DNA of 63,938 bases from Paraspadella gotoi (Eukaryota > Animalia > Chaetognatha). The notes under the pieces are model-generated. The model searched no databases and was not told where the DNA came from. It worked only from the letters and a program-made list of their open reading frames with translations. Where the stretch lies: positions 18,955,502 through 19,019,439 of the forward strand of contig CM119263.1 of assembly GCA_051294375.1 (NCBI GenBank), read 5' to 3'. The position numbers and the translations under genes were made by a program. Of the stretch, positions 1 to 13,294 are shown in pieces; the first letter of the stretch is position 1, and each line of letters starts with the position of its first letter.

Positions 1-142
1 TCTGCGTCCCCTAGAGGGAGAATTTTCGAGCCATCAACAACCATCATCAAGGGTGGAGGCGGTGGAGTCTTACGGAAAGAATGAGAAGGAGCAGGAGGAG
101 GAAGAGGAGGGGGAAAGAGGAGGAGGAAGCTGAACTTAGTTG
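1..142 (+). other. Duplicate of 6007-6140 abutting a 25-N gap (probable gap-filling overlap artefact)
   Basis: tctgcgtcc..ctagag..gagaattttcgagccatca..ccatcatcaagggtggaggcggtg...aacttagttg aligns colinearly with 6007-6140, differing mostly by small indels. It ends exactly at the N run 143-167 (25 N). Confidence 0.85.
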
Positions 143-914
143 NNNNNNNNNNNNNNNNNNNNNNNNNACTATAATAATTCGACTTCAGCCGCTCTTATCG
201 TCGCAGCCGTACCCTTTAAATCACCTTTCTCTTCCTCTTCCTAGACAATAAAATCTACTGCACGCAAAAACGCTAATGTTGTTGCTTCCCAATCCGATTA
301 ATGAAAATACTTTCTCTCCATCATCTTCTTATCGTTCTGTGATCTCTCCTCTGCTTGTATCTCTTGGCTTTCTCTGTGTCTTCGTTCTCTTCTTTCTAGT
401 CTCTCTGTCTCTCGTCTCTTGCAGTCTCTCGTCCTCTCGTCCTGCAGTCTGACTCGTCTGCGGTCTCGTTAGTCTGTCTCTGTTGTCCTATTGCTCTCGC
501 GTCTTCCTCTCTCTCTACCTCTCTCTCCTGCCTGGTCGCGATTTCTCTCGTCTCAGTGAAGAGATAGGAAAAAAATCAAAGAAATAAATTTATCTCGTTT
601 CTGTTTTCTCCTTTTTCGTAAAAAGTCCACTTTGAAAATAGCGAACGGTGGTGGGAAATTGGTAGAATACAGGCGGACTCCGTCTCACTCTCGTCTCGGC
701 CCTTCCCTTTTGTTTTTCTTCTTTACTCGCATTATTCTCCTTTTTCTCCTTCTTTCCTTCCTTTCCCTCGTCGCGCACGGACGCTCAGCTGACGCAGTCG
801 CGCGATCGCGTTTGGAAGGCCGGATCGGGACAGAGAAGCGGAGTAGTCGTTCGGCATGCGAGATTAGAAACGTAGAGAGAAGAAGAGATAGAAAGGGAGA
901 GGAGAGAGAGAGAG

Positions 915-945
<31 letters not shown>

Positions 946-1086
946 AATTGGTGCTTTATCGTATTTAAGCGTTTTGATTTCCTCTTAACTTCTTCGTTTA
1001 TAGTGTCGTATAAATTAACTCTGGCAATGTAGTACAGAAGTTTAAAATATTCCGGCTGGCACACAATATTTCAACACTGACATCAG

Positions 1087-2037
1087 TGTGACCTGCGTCG
1101 TGTGACAAGAGTGAAAATGTAAGTTTGACGGACAGTTTAGACGTGGATTCGATTTATGACATCGGCATAATATTTTTTCTAACAGGCATGTCTGTATATA
1201 AAATTGTTTCTTTTGCGCGACCTATTTTACAGATATTTGTCATAATTATCCAAAAATTACGTTGCAATACTTTTCTTAGTGGACTTATTCGTTTCGTTTA
1301 CACTTTACATTTAAAAGATGGGCAAAAACACTAAATACACAGAAAATATATGGGTTTCTTAAAGAATGAAATATCGAGCTGGAAAGTTAATAAATTTTAG
1401 ACCAGCACCTCATCATAGCGTGAAGAACTATTTCGGCGAAAGTAATGATTTCTTCTAATGATATTTTTGTAATGCAATTCTGAGCAGCATGCTTTCCTCC
1501 ACTCTTCAATACTTCACAATCTAACAGAGCGGAGTACATCTTCTTGCAAACCTACCCCTACCCGACTCGCCGGCGCTCAGATTTGTTGCCGAGGGAAGAG
1601 AGAGAAGGAGAAAAAAAAAAAAGAGGAGAGAGAGGAGGAGAGAAGAGAAGGAGGAAGAGAAAAGTCTGATGCATCAGTTCGCTCCAAAGACCCGCCTTTC
1701 GCTCGCATGCTGAATGTGCGGAAGAACTTCTGCGTGTGTACATGTCCGGCACGCGCGTGGGCTACGGCTAAGGAGGAATGAAGGGATAGAGCAGAGAGAG
1801 AGGACAGAGAGCAGAGAGAGAAGAGAGAAGGTGAGGAAAGAAGAGAGGAGCGTGGTGTTATTATTAAGGTGCGACGACCATCATTTTTCATTTTCGCCGC
1901 GAAGGGAATCCTGGTGGACCGTTATGTAACGTATAGTAGACTAAAGGGGATCTTACGGATGTGAAGGCTTTTATGTAATTTTGTTTGACGACGGGGAAAG
2001 AGATGAGAAAGAGAGAGAGAGCAGAGATGCGGAGATT

Positions 2038-2071
<34 letters not shown>

Positions 2072-3649
2072 GCGAGAGGAGAGAGAATAAGTAGAGAGAG
2101 AATGGTAGGTAAGGAGGAGAGAGTCGAGAGTTGAGGAGAAGAGGGAAGAGAGGTATAAAGAGAGAGAGTATTCATTAGAGGAGAGAGCGGTATGTGAGTT
2201 CGTTTAAATGTGCGATTTTCAGGCTTCGGGGCAGATCCTTTGTTTGGGCGGTAAATACATGCACGAAAGATACTAAAGGACCCAGGTTCCGGGGTAGGTC
2301 TGGGTCTCTTGGCAGGAGAAATAAGTGATCTATAATTCTTGATGTCATAGAATTATTCTCCCAGATAATAACCGTATTCTAACCGATTATAACCATTACT
2401 CCTTGGTATGAATTAGTACGGCGAAGGCGTCTTCGTTTCGATTGAACGTGACGTTGGAATGCGAACATATTTTTAGGCTTAAAAGCAACAAATTTTAGTG
2501 TTGGTTCGATAAAACAAAACTTACCAATAGATACTTTTATTTCTCACCCCTCAACGCCTCCATTCTTCTTTTCTCCTCCTCCACTCGTCAGCCATTAATT
2601 TCACTTCTCTTTCGCCTTCAAAACCTCATTTTCTTATCTTTTTTTTTTCCTCTCATCTTCGACTAAAAATCAAATTAAGTCTTTTTCCCTTCCGAAACTG
2701 GCCTCGCAGGGATTCTCTCTTTTCTCTAATCTCGCTCTCTCTCTCTTCTCTCCTCTCTCTATCTCTCTCTCTCTCTCTCCTCTCTCTTCTCTCTCTCTCC
2801 TCTTTCTCTTTTTCCTTACTGGCTAAAAAAGAGGATAAAGAGAACCGGTTTCAGGGAGGTAAAGGGAATAAAAAAATAAGGAACATTAGAATAGAAAAGA
2901 AAGTGACAAACTTCTGCTGAGTTCATTGTGCAATTTTTAGATTTAATGTTGCTTCGTTTTTTTTTTCAGTGGTAATTACATTGTCTCTTTTTCTTTATCT
3001 TTTTAGGTTCTTTCTTTGCTAGAATTTTAACCAGCGACCTTTGAGAAAAATGGGAAAAAAAATACCATTTTTTTTCACATTTCGTTATTTCATGATCACT
3101 GGAAAAGAAAGTCATTAGTATATTAGCAGTTAACGTTTTTTGTTTAAACGATTATTACTTTAAGATCGAAAGAAAATTTTTGTCACTTTCTGATCTATTG
3201 ATAAAAATATAATAAAAACGTCAAAATAATGGCATCTAATGGTAATTTATAATAGTTTTTCAGGTATATTTAAAATTTTATTTCCGTTTATGTGATACCT
3301 AATTGGGTTATCACTTTCACGAATACTTAAAAAATAAAAAGTGAAACAGTTTAAAAATAAAGTTTTGGGCTGAACATGACAGGCATTTTGATAATTAACC
3401 ATCTCTTAAATTTAATACTACTATGATGATTATTGATATATAAAATATAATATAAAATTTCCATTCATTTATAAAAATGATAGCGTGAATAAGGCGCTGC
3501 TAGTAGGAGATGAAGACTACTTCCGTAAATCCTATGCCCATCGACAGCAATGGAACGGGTCGCTTGGCTTGAAACTAGGCTTGGGGGTTTTCCAAGGCGG
3601 TTTACAGCGTCCTCACGCTTCCCGCAGGGAATCAGAATTGGGATTTTGA
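1087..3649 (+). CDS. Putative multi-exon gene of unknown product, 3' part (candidate exons 1087-1118, 1401-1441, 1530-1593, 1678-1766, 1905-1925, 2223-2250, 3484-3558, 3628-3649)
   Basis: Chain of short GC-richer islands bounded by AG and GT (gtaagt 1119, gtaatg 1442, gtaacg 1926, gtaaat 2251) with compatible phases. It joins to CDLRRVTRVKIPAPHHSVKNYFGETEYIFLQTYPYPTRRRSDLLPSSLQRPAFRSHAECAEELLRVYMSGTRVGYGNPGGPLCFGADPLFGRVNKALLVGDEDYFRKSYAHRQQWNGESELGF*. Two donors (1594 ggaag, 1767 gctaag) are non-canonical and need a base error. No family recognised and the frame is not certain. Confidence 0.33.
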
Positions 3650-3991
3650 ACCCGGCTCCCATTACTAACATCATTCCCATATCCCTGTTGGCTCCTTGTT
3701 TATTTTGTCTTTACATGTTCTCTCATCATCCTCAAATCCCCTATGTACTCGCCTCCAACTACCCATGTCGCGTACTCTTCCATTCTCCAAAGTCCAAACT
3801 AGTCGCAGGTGCGAAAATGAGGGCGTCAACCGTGTTCTTCTGTTTCGGAACAAACAAGGTTAAAAAGGGATGATCACAACTAAAAAAGTCGAATGCCATG
3901 AAAGAAAATGGAGAATTATGAAAAAAAAAAATCATAAAAAGATTTCTCTCTATATTATATATATAAAATATATTTATATATATTATATATA

Positions 3992-4173
3992 TATGAAATT
4001 GTACAACAATATAATTTTCCATTCATTTAATGAAATAAGCTATCTTGCCGCTGAGTTGGACAGGCTTTTGGTGGTTTAGCCTCATCACTCTTTACAAATA
4101 TGACTAGCAGGTCCCTGCAAGCTTTCAATTCAAGACTCTCTCAGGTCTCGTTTATTCATCCCCAGAGTACCTG
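3992..4173 (+). repeat. Dispersed repeat family B, copy 1
   Basis: tatgaaattg.tacaac.aatataa...ccattcatttaat.aaataagctatcttgcc...tttggtggtttag.cct...gtacctg aligns with 22781-22937. Confidence 0.8.
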
Positions 4174-5783
4174 GGGTGAACAGGTTAAGCATTTGTTCGC
4201 TAAAATTCTAATCGACTTTAATGAATTGAATGCGAAACAAAATGCTCCTCGGGAGTATTTTCCATCTCTTGTTGTGTGACCATCACATCTCGTTCTTCGG
4301 TAGCGTACACTCTCTCAGTTCATACGTTACACATGACTCACATGACAGTCACACATTGACTCACATTGACTCTCACTTGGTGTTGAAAAGGTCATGTCTC
4401 GCTTTCTCTTATCGAGCTTAACTCAATTATTTTATAAGAACAACATTTTCTCGCGAAAACTCTGAGCCGAAAACTTTTAAATTCGATTAAATGACATTTG
4501 GTCATTTAATCGAAACTGCTTTGAAGGGCAGAAACAACGCTGCCGGCCCCGAAGAATCGTTTCCTTAGATTCATTTTAGAATATTGTCTCGTTTTAATGT
4601 TTTCTAATAAAAACTTTTAAATTCATACAATTTCCCATTTTCTTCTAAACCCATTTGGAATCTTTGAGGGCGACGTTTAGAAACGTTTGATTTTCGCGGC
4701 GGAAAAAGAGGAAACTCTTTACACCACTGACTCCTCTGGACGTGTGTTGTTTGTTGTAATGTTGTAATGTTTTAATTTCTCTCTGAAGTTTTTTTTTTTA
4801 ATAAAAAAAAAAAAACCAGGAGGAACCTTGTAGATCTATTTACGAAAAAAAGAAGAACTCATATCCCGTCTGGTCTGCGTGCGATGATATGAAAAATCGG
4901 TCGTATTTTCGCCTCGGAAAGAAATTATTACCTCGTCATAAGAATACGGAAGGATATAAAAAATCCTGATCCCGTTGAAAGAAAGCCAGTAAGGTTTAAA
5001 TTATCATTGGAGGGATTATAACGTTTATCACGTCGGAGAGGGGGCCATGGAAAGGAAAGGAACATGGGGACCGCACGTTAACAAAAGGAGGAAAAAGGAA
5101 AAGGAATAAATTAAGGGACGAAAGAGGAGAAAAAGGTTGATAAGGAAGCTCTCTTTGGTGACACTGTAAAAATGTTTTTTGCACCTCGGGCATAAATGGA
5201 AAGAAAAGAAAAAGTTAAAGGTAAAGAGAATTGCAATGAAAATAAAGTAGGGGAAAGAAACCAAAGGCTAAGAAAAGTTAAACTGGAGGGAAAAATAGAA
5301 TAAAACGCCAATGGAAATGTTTAAAAGAAAAAAAAAAATCAAAGGGAATAAGAGTTGAAGAAAAAGAGAGATGGCGAAGTGGCAAGCGGTTTGGTTTGGT
5401 GGCGGGAATGGTTAAAGAGATACTGGCATAATCTGTAGAGGGATGGCGCCCTGAACGGGAAAATTGACAAATTAAAACAAAAAAAATGGGAAGCGACAGG
5501 CTAATAGTATTCTGGAACTGCAAATGGATGGTTTAGAAAAAGAAACGTTTACCTGTGCTAGCTCTCCGTGGACGACAAAAAATAGAGAAAGAAAACAGGA
5601 GAAGAAAGAAAAAAAATAGGAACAAAATGAATAAAAACAAGGGGGGAAAAAACAGGCAAGGAAAAACGACCCAAAAGTCGAACGACTACCTTGACGAACA
5701 TTCGCAATTGCGCTCTTTCTCTGCTACTCTTTTTCTCTGGTCTATTCCCTTTCTTTTTTCTCCTCTTCTACTTCTCTCTCCTC

Positions 5784-5827
<44 letters not shown>

Positions 5828-5920
5828 CTCTCTCCTCTCTCTCCTCTCTTAGTCTCACTCCTTTTTTTCTTTCTCCCTCTTTCTCTCTCTCTCTTCTCTC
5901 TATTCTCTCTCTCTCTATCT

Positions 5921-5967
<47 letters not shown>

Positions 5968-6018
5968 TCTTCTCTCTCTCTCTTCTCTCTCTCTCTCCTC
6001 TCTCACTCTGCGTCCTAG

Positions 6019-8120
6019 AGGAGAATTTTCGAGCCATCACACCATCATCAAGGGTGGAGGCGGTGAGTTTAGGAAAGAATGAGAAGGGAGAGGAGGAGGG
6101 AAGAGGAGGGGGAAAGAGGTTAGGAGGAGGAACTTAGTTGATGAGGGAAAGAAATGATGGCGAAATGTAAGAAAGGGGAATCGAGGGGGAAGGGAAGGGG
6201 GAAGGAGAGGAGAAAAAAAGAAAGAAGAAGAGAGGAAGCACGAGAGGGGAAAAAGAAAGAAGAAGATCGAGAAGCAGGAGAAGGGGAAAAAGAAGGAGAA
6301 GAATCAAGGAAGCAGGAGAGGGGAAAAAGAAAGAGAGATGAGGAAGCAGAGAGGAGAAAAGAAGGAAGAAGAATCGAGGAAGCAGGAGAGGGGAAAAAAG
6401 ATAGGAAGAAGAATTGAGGAAGCAGGAAAGGGGGAAAAAAGAAAGAAGAAGAATCAAGGAAGCAGGAGAGGAGAAAAAGAAGGAAGAAGAATCGAGGAAG
6501 CAGGAGATCAGAAAGAATAAAGAATTCAGAAGATAGAAGACGAGTAAGAGATGCAGGCTTCCCGATATAACCGATCAAAATGATTTACTTTCAACAATCC
6601 ATCGGTGAAAATTTCTAAAAACGTTGTTTATGATTATTAGGAGAAAATTAAAAACTTACTGAGATCCAATAAAAAACTAAGAAAGACAAGATCGGCCAAA
6701 TGCGTTGCTCCGCAGTGAGGTTCTTAGCCAGTGTATTAATAACAGTTTCGTCTTTTATTCTTTATAGTTTTAAGATTTCCTGAAGGCGTCGCGAGATTTG
6801 ATTTTTTTTTCTGTCTTAACAAATGAGCAATCAATTATAGCGAATCATGAAAATTTTTAACGCGAGCACTCGCGGCGCAACTAACAAGCAAGCAAGGATT
6901 ATATGATAATGAACATGAAAAAGTAATTTAAAGTAAAGGAAAAAAAATCAGGGAAGGAAAATAAGAGAAGAAGAAAGAAAAGATAAAACGAGAAGACGAA
7001 GTGATGAAGTTGCTTAGCAACGCGAAGGCGGATTCCGTCTTATGAAGTCTGGAGTCTGGACGGAATCGATGGGCGAGAGACGCTTCGACTCGGGCGCAGG
7101 TGCGGTGGAGACTGGAGCGGAAGACTTGGGGGGTTAGGGTTGGGGGGGTTTGGGAGGCTGAACGGTGAGAAGCGGGAAGAAAGTAGAAAAAGGAGATAAG
7201 GAAAAGATAGAAGATGCGAAAGGCGAAGAAAGGAAAATGATAAGGAAAAAGGGATTCAAGATCGGATTAGATATAACTGAAAGAGAAAAGATAAGGAAAA
7301 AGGATAAAATATCGAGAAAAAAAAAAGGTAGAGATTTCGACCTTCGATGAAAAAAGAGGAAGAGAAGAAACACAAAAAAAAACCGATGATGATAGTTGAT
7401 AAAAACGGATAAAAAAACAAGAACGGTGATTCCAATGTGATGCGCCGCAGTGACTTTATTTTCACGTGTATTTCCCTTTTAATCACATTATATGACATGA
7501 CATGACATGACATGACATGACTAAAAATTTTTTGCCCGTGTATTTATGACATGCACTGCAAAAAAATTTTGTATTTTATTCTTTATAGTTTTAGAAATTT
7601 AGATTCGAGGTTTTTTTCCGTCTTAACCAATGAGCAACCAACTATAGGCAAATTATATGCATTTTTAACTAAATTGGGACAGACCGACCTAAAATTGACT
7701 TATAGAGGTGCTCGGCGGCGGATACTAAAAAAGATCTGAAATCAAAAAAGCAGAATCATATTTGGAAATGTCAAGAAGAGAGATGCTACGTAATGTCTGA
7801 TGGCGAATATTTCGGGACAAAATCTTTTTTCGGTTCTCTCTTCAATTACTCGTTCGATTCGAGATCTAATCATACTGAGTCTCACTCTCTCTTTCCGCTC
7901 TGTTATTACCTTTTTTCGGACTTTTATTTGTCAGTCTTCCCCGTGTTGCCTTCATACTGGTTACAAGATTAATTGTCGTCATTATCATCCATCGTACATG
8001 TCGTCGTCGATGTCGTCTTTTTCCTCGTCGTCGTCTTCATAGTCGTCGTCGACGTCTCCGTCGCCGCAACAGTCATTCTCGTCATCACCTTTTTAGTCGT
8101 CGTCGTCTTCTTTCCCGCCA

Positions 8121-8151
<31 letters not shown>

Positions 8152-10134
8152 GCCATGAATTTTTTAAAAAACTGGCGCGGCGTCGGATTCGCCTCCCGCG
8201 CCTCAAACGTCATGCATATTCACACGGCTGGAGGAGTGAATGGAGGGGGGGGAGTTGGATGGAAGGAGATGGAGTTGTGCTGTTGTGGTCTTTGATGTTG
8301 GAGTGTGGAAGCGAATGGATGAGATGGCGAGTCGTGGTTGAAGAATTGACCAGGTTATATTGCTTGTGCTGAGAAAATTAGTATCTGAATGTGTGGAGAC
8401 TATTAAGTAGCATGGTATTGATGATGATGATGATAATGATGATGATGATGATGATGANNNNNNNNNNNNNNNNNNNNNNNNNNNNNNNNNNNNNNNNNNN
8501 NNNNNNNNNNNNNNNNNNNNNNNNNNNNNNNNNNNNNNNNNNNNNNNNNNNNNNNNNNNNNNNNNNNNNNNNNNNNNNNNNNNNNNNNNNNNNNNNNNNN
8601 NNNNNNNNNNNNNNNNNNNNNNNNNNNNNNNNNNNNNNNNNNNNNNNNNNNNNNNNNNNNNNNNNNNNNNNNNNNNNNNNNNNNNNNNNNNNNNNNNNNN
8701 NNNNNNNNNNNNNNNNNNNNNNNNNNNNNNNNNNNNNNNNNNNNNNNNNNNNNNNNNNNNNNNNNNNNNNNACTGTCATTTGGTTTCTTTTCCACTCGCT
8801 ACCTCGATGTTCGTTTGTATTAATGTTGGTCTGTATTTTATTAATTGTATGTATATGCGAGGGAGCCACTAACTTGGGACTTTGTTTTCAATTGGATTAA
8901 AACCTTGAAAAAGTTTGTTTATTAAATGTGAAAAGGAATGAAGACCAAAAATGACGGACAGAAAATCAAAATATGAAAATTTCAAAATTACTTGTTTCAC
9001 TATATTAAGTTTTAAATTTTAAAATATTTATTACAAATTATTTTATTTATTTCATATTTACATATTTTTATTATTGCATTTTAAAAATTTTGTTTTTGAT
9101 AACCTTAATCTGAAAACTATTAAACTATTATCGGAAGACTTATGAAAATAGAGTGATCATCTATGTTTGTATTTTTAACTTGTAAAGAAATCATCCATAT
9201 TCGGTATATTTATTTATTAATATAATTTCTGCGAAGCTTGGGAGGTGAGTCTACCTCTTGATGGCCGAATCGAAAATTCAAACCGACAGAGAAGAAGCGA
9301 AAGCCAATAAAATCACTGAATATAAAAATAAAAACAAATTTAAAAGAAATCTTTAAAAAAATGAACAACAAAAAAGATATTAAGGCGAAGGCTTGCCAAT
9401 GATGCTTCTCTTTAATACCATCGTTGGCTTCTCCTTCATTACTCGCTCGTTCATCACATTTTTTTTCGATGAAAAAGAAAATTTCCTATTTAACAGAATT
9501 TATGGTTTTCGTTTAATAACATTTTTCAGGGATTTGAGAAGCAGTAGTATGTTCTTGATTCATTTCATTGAGTCCGAATTATGTAGAATTTTTCGACAAA
9601 ATATAAAATTTTATTTAAATGTAATCTTTAAACTACACAAGATTAAAACAAAGTTCCGATTAAATGATTCGTAAATAAAGAAATCTCGAGATGAGGGCGA
9701 GGAAAAAAAAAACCCCTCAGTCCGTCTGTCTCTATCTCTATCCCTATCTTCTTTTTTTTTTCCAGCGCATTCTCAAAACTAATTTGCATTAAAATCGAAA
9801 TTCCGCCCCCGATCGACGACGGCGAGTCTCTTTCAGCCCAGACTCATCGAAAACCGATTACATACGGGCTTTTCTGATGTCTTGTGTGTGTGTATTTGTG
9901 TGTGACCACTCAGACACGTTTGCGTCTGGTCTTTTCTCTTTTTTTTTTCTCATCTTTTCTTTGAAGGAACCAAAAAGCGCGTATCTATTGAAATTACGGA
10001 CGGGACGCTCGGCTCATTTCCGTATTTCTAAGAACATCCCTCTTCCGATCGTTTTATGTCCATAAGCGGTCATGGGAATATATTGAGACTCTTCAGTTGA
10101 GGCGATGGAGAGAAGAGAGAGAAAAGGAAAGGGA

Positions 10135-10210
<76 letters not shown>

Positions 10211-10467
10211 AGGGAACTCGTGGAGAAAGTATGATAAGATACTTGAGGAAGAAAGAAGGACGTTTTAAGAAAAGGAGGCGGAAGGACGAATAAAAGGAAA
10301 GAGGGAGGAAGAAATGGAAGAAGAAGTATTAGAATGAGAAAAAAAAATGAGAAAACAAAGAAGAAGAAAAAAGAAAATAAATTACGATCTAAAATTTAAG
10401 CTGGCTGACCTTTCCACTGGACCTCTCCAGCCGACCTCTGAAGCCAACCTGCCCTTCGACGATGTAA
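6019..10467 (+). CDS. Putative exons of an unidentified gene (6019-6062, 7028-7099, 10401-10467)
   Basis: 6019 follows a long CT tract plus cctag and ends at gtgagt. 7028-7099 ends cag|gtgcgg. One stop-free join is RRIFEPSHHHQGWRRRIPSYEVWSLDGIDGRETLRLGRSWLTFPLDLSSRPLKPTCPSTM*. Other frames are also partly open and no homology is recognised. Confidence 0.22.
6224..6507. repeat. Purine-rich minisatellite, ~38-bp unit (GAAGAAGAATCGAGGAAGCAGGAGAGGGGAAAAAGAAG) x ~8
   Basis: Recurring gaatc(g/a)aggaagcaggagag core at roughly 38-bp spacing. Confidence 0.8.
6686..6874 (+). mobile_element. Degenerate copy of repeat family A (DINE-1/HINE-like)
   Basis: Shares ccgcagtga, ttttattctttatagtttta and gtcttaac.aatgagcaa.caa.tatag with 7414-7730. 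Ends at the hairpin cgcgag-ca-ctcgcg. Confidence 0.55.
7414..7730 (+). mobile_element. Non-autonomous interspersed element, family A, resembling DINE-1/Helentron-associated (HINE) elements
   Basis: Starts aaacaagaacgg, has an internal (GACAT)n tract, then gggacagaccgacc and ends gacttatagag...ctaaaaa. Both ends lie in A/T runs. An inverted homologue lies at 30843-31102. The Helentron assignment is inferred from this architecture. Confidence 0.6.
8972..9165 (+). repeat. Dispersed AT-rich repeat, homologous to 62103-62309 (upstream part of family B)
   Basis: tatgaaaattt.caaa.ttacttgtttcactat and gaaatagag.ga.catctatg are shared with 62103-62309. Confidence 0.55.
10138..10208. repeat. (AG)n microsatellite
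   Basis: Pure AG dinucleotide run. Confidence 0.97.
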
Positions 10468-10832
10468 AATCGATTGAGAGAAGCTTGACCTGTCGAAAAC
10501 AACCGCCGATGCACTGAGACCGGATTATCAGTCCCTGGAGCCTTGAAACTAAAAAGGAAAAAAGTAGAACAGGGGAATCGCCTGACGTCGACAGTCATTG
10601 GTTCCAATACCTGGCCAACGGATGGAACAGCAACTGGGCGACATTATATATGGAGGAGTTTCGATGACGTCGGGAGACGAAGCTAAACAAATAAACATAA
10701 ATCAAGACGTTGGGAATTCTATCGTTCATTTTGCAAAAGTATTAAATCTACGAAAAGAAAATCAGTGTTTCTGTGGAAATGTTATTGTGAAGTAAGATGA
10801 AAATATGGAAATAAAGCGAGAAAGAATGAAAT

Positions 10833-10833
10833 A

Positions 10834-10925
<92 letters not shown>
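10833..10925. repeat. (AAAG)n microsatellite
   Basis: Pure tetranucleotide run. Similar tracts at 33290-33400, 34340-34430 and 55021-55085. Confidence 0.95.
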
Positions 10926-11207
10926 GAGAAAGAAATAAAAAAAAATAACGAAAGAAAGAAAAAAACTAAGGGAAAAGAATATAAAAATCCTAAGAAAAAA
11001 AATAGAAACCAACAAAATTAAGGATAAGCCATCAAAAAAGAAAAATTAAAAAAAGGGAAAAAGCCAAGAAAGTCGTTTGGAATCGAAGAAGCGAAAAGAG
11101 GTTGGATGCATGCTGAACATGCTTCCTCGCTATCTCCGTCCAAATCGAGCTCCGAGATCGAGGGAGATTTCTGTCTCGTTAATGAGAAAAAAATGAGAAT
11201 GACTCCC

Positions 11208-11257
<50 letters not shown>

Positions 11258-11261
11258 ACGA
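11208..11261. repeat. (GAC)n microsatellite
   Basis: Trinucleotide run. Many shorter GAC/GTC tracts occur throughout (e.g. 8121-8150, 12721-12746). Confidence 0.9.
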
Positions 11262-11563
11262 TGGTCGTGATGGGAACTTCCTCAAAAGCAGCGAAGACAA
11301 ACAAAGTAACAACAACAACGACAACGGAAAGACGATCAAAAAAAGAAGAGAATCTAATTTTCAAAGTAGAAATCGAGTCTCAATGTCGTTGGGTCGATCA
11401 TCGCCTTCGTCGTCGTCGTCGTTTTTAACGTCGGCATCGTCATCTTTTCCATTGTTCAGTAATCATTGTCTCCGCCCGCTTTTTTCCAATGATCATATTT
11501 CAAATCCTGTCTCTTCATCGCAGTTCGGAAATCCGAGACAAAGTCTCATCTGTCTTCGCTTCC

Positions 11564-11650
<87 letters not shown>

Positions 11651-11979
11651 CGTCTCTTTCCCTGACTTTCTTTCTCTTACAATTTTATTCCACTTTTTAA
11701 AAATAACAACAACAAACAGCACCACGACAACAACAACGACGACGACATCCGATCTTCGCTTCTCATGATGAAAGTTAAATGACGCATGAAAATAACATTA
11801 TTTTATGTTGGTTAAAGAATGAAATACATTTAACAGTGAAGTATATGAACCGTGAAAAATTCGAAATTCATCTTTGTTGAAAAATGTTTCACAGTGAGGA
11901 ATAAATAGAAAAAAATATGGTGGGACTGAAAATAAGGGAGAAAAAATAGAATTAAGGAGAGATAGAGAAGAAGAGAAGC

Positions 11980-12113
<134 letters not shown>

Positions 12114-13142
12114 AAGAGCGGCGCTATCATTCTTTTGTCATCGTGGTCAAAGAATTGACAGAGACGCCCCCGTTCGATGAACACGAAAAAAACTTCATAA
12201 TGTCTTTTCCCAGTTCATTTTTTTAAAACCTGCCTCTTTGAAAAGCAGTGGCGACGTAATCGTAGTTGGCAACAACCGACTTTATCGCCTCAATAAATTT
12301 ACAACAAAAACGAAAGTAGCGACAATTCGGATCCCAGATGCGTATTATGTCAAACTAAATTATTCTCTACTTCCACAAACTGCTTACCAAAATAGTATTT
12401 TGGTACATCATTTTCTAATCTAAACAGCAGCATCGAAAATAAAATGGCGTTAGCAAATCTCACGGACGAGACCACCGCAACAAAAGCACAAAAACCAATC
12501 AGCAACGCAGTGTGGACCACAACAATAACAACGCGGCAGCCTCGACAGCTTTGGCGCGGCCGCGACGAGGACGCAGCCACGAACGCATCGATGATTGAGA
12601 GGAAAAGTTGAATATTTGACCGTTGATGGATATTTTTCCCTGGAAGCCTCAACAACCTCGTAAATCAAGAACACCTTACCTTTTTAAATCTTCAATCTCG
12701 GGATCTCTCTTTGCTGGCGCCGTCGTCGTCGTCGTCGTCGTCGTCGTTGCCAGACGGAAGGAGAGAGGAAGACAGATTTTTCAAACAAAATTTCCTCCTC
12801 TATACGAAGGAGGGCGTTCCTGACGTTTTCGTCGTCGTCGCCTTCGTGGTCTACGTTGAGGACAGCGAGAGGAAAAAGAAAAAAGTCTTCGAACTTAAAT
12901 TGTTTTTTGGCCTCTCAGCATTGCTCGTCTCTACGGAGCGGAATGCGGATCCAAAAACTACATTTAACCTCTTCGTCGACCACAACAAAAATCAGAGCCC
13001 TGTCCGTCTTCCTCCGTTCCACCCACTTACCTTTTTTTACCTTACCTAATCCAGTCTCTCTCTTTGTCTTCTCCTCACAGACTTTCATTCTTCTCATAAA
13101 CGTTTCTTTTAAAAGGGAATCCGAGATTCCAATTTGTTGAAT

Positions 13143-13194
<52 letters not shown>

Positions 13195-13257
13195 CTCTCT
13201 CTCTTCTCTCTCTCTCCTCTCTCTCTCTCTTCTCTCCTCGTCTCTCTCTCTCTCTTC

Positions 13258-13294
<37 letters not shown>

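Noticed and set aside
1905-1925. GNPGGPL as a trypsin-family active-site motif
   Set aside because: No catalytic Ser, no preceding Cys and no TAAHC/DIAL-like motifs upstream.
1401-2250. SVKNYFGEK and ATGILVDRY motifs suggesting an anoctamin or MFS/SLC16 transporter in one frame of the joined micro-exons
   Set aside because: The intervening sequence has no hydrophobic helix and the spacing is wrong.
5555-6578. Long ORFs rich in LS/ER/KE/FL (also 11798-12184, 14728-15287, 21489-21989, 32336-33172, 35941-37051, 63402-63920)
   Set aside because: They are translations of (CT)n, (AG)n, (AAAG)n and polypurine tracts, which lack stop codons by composition.
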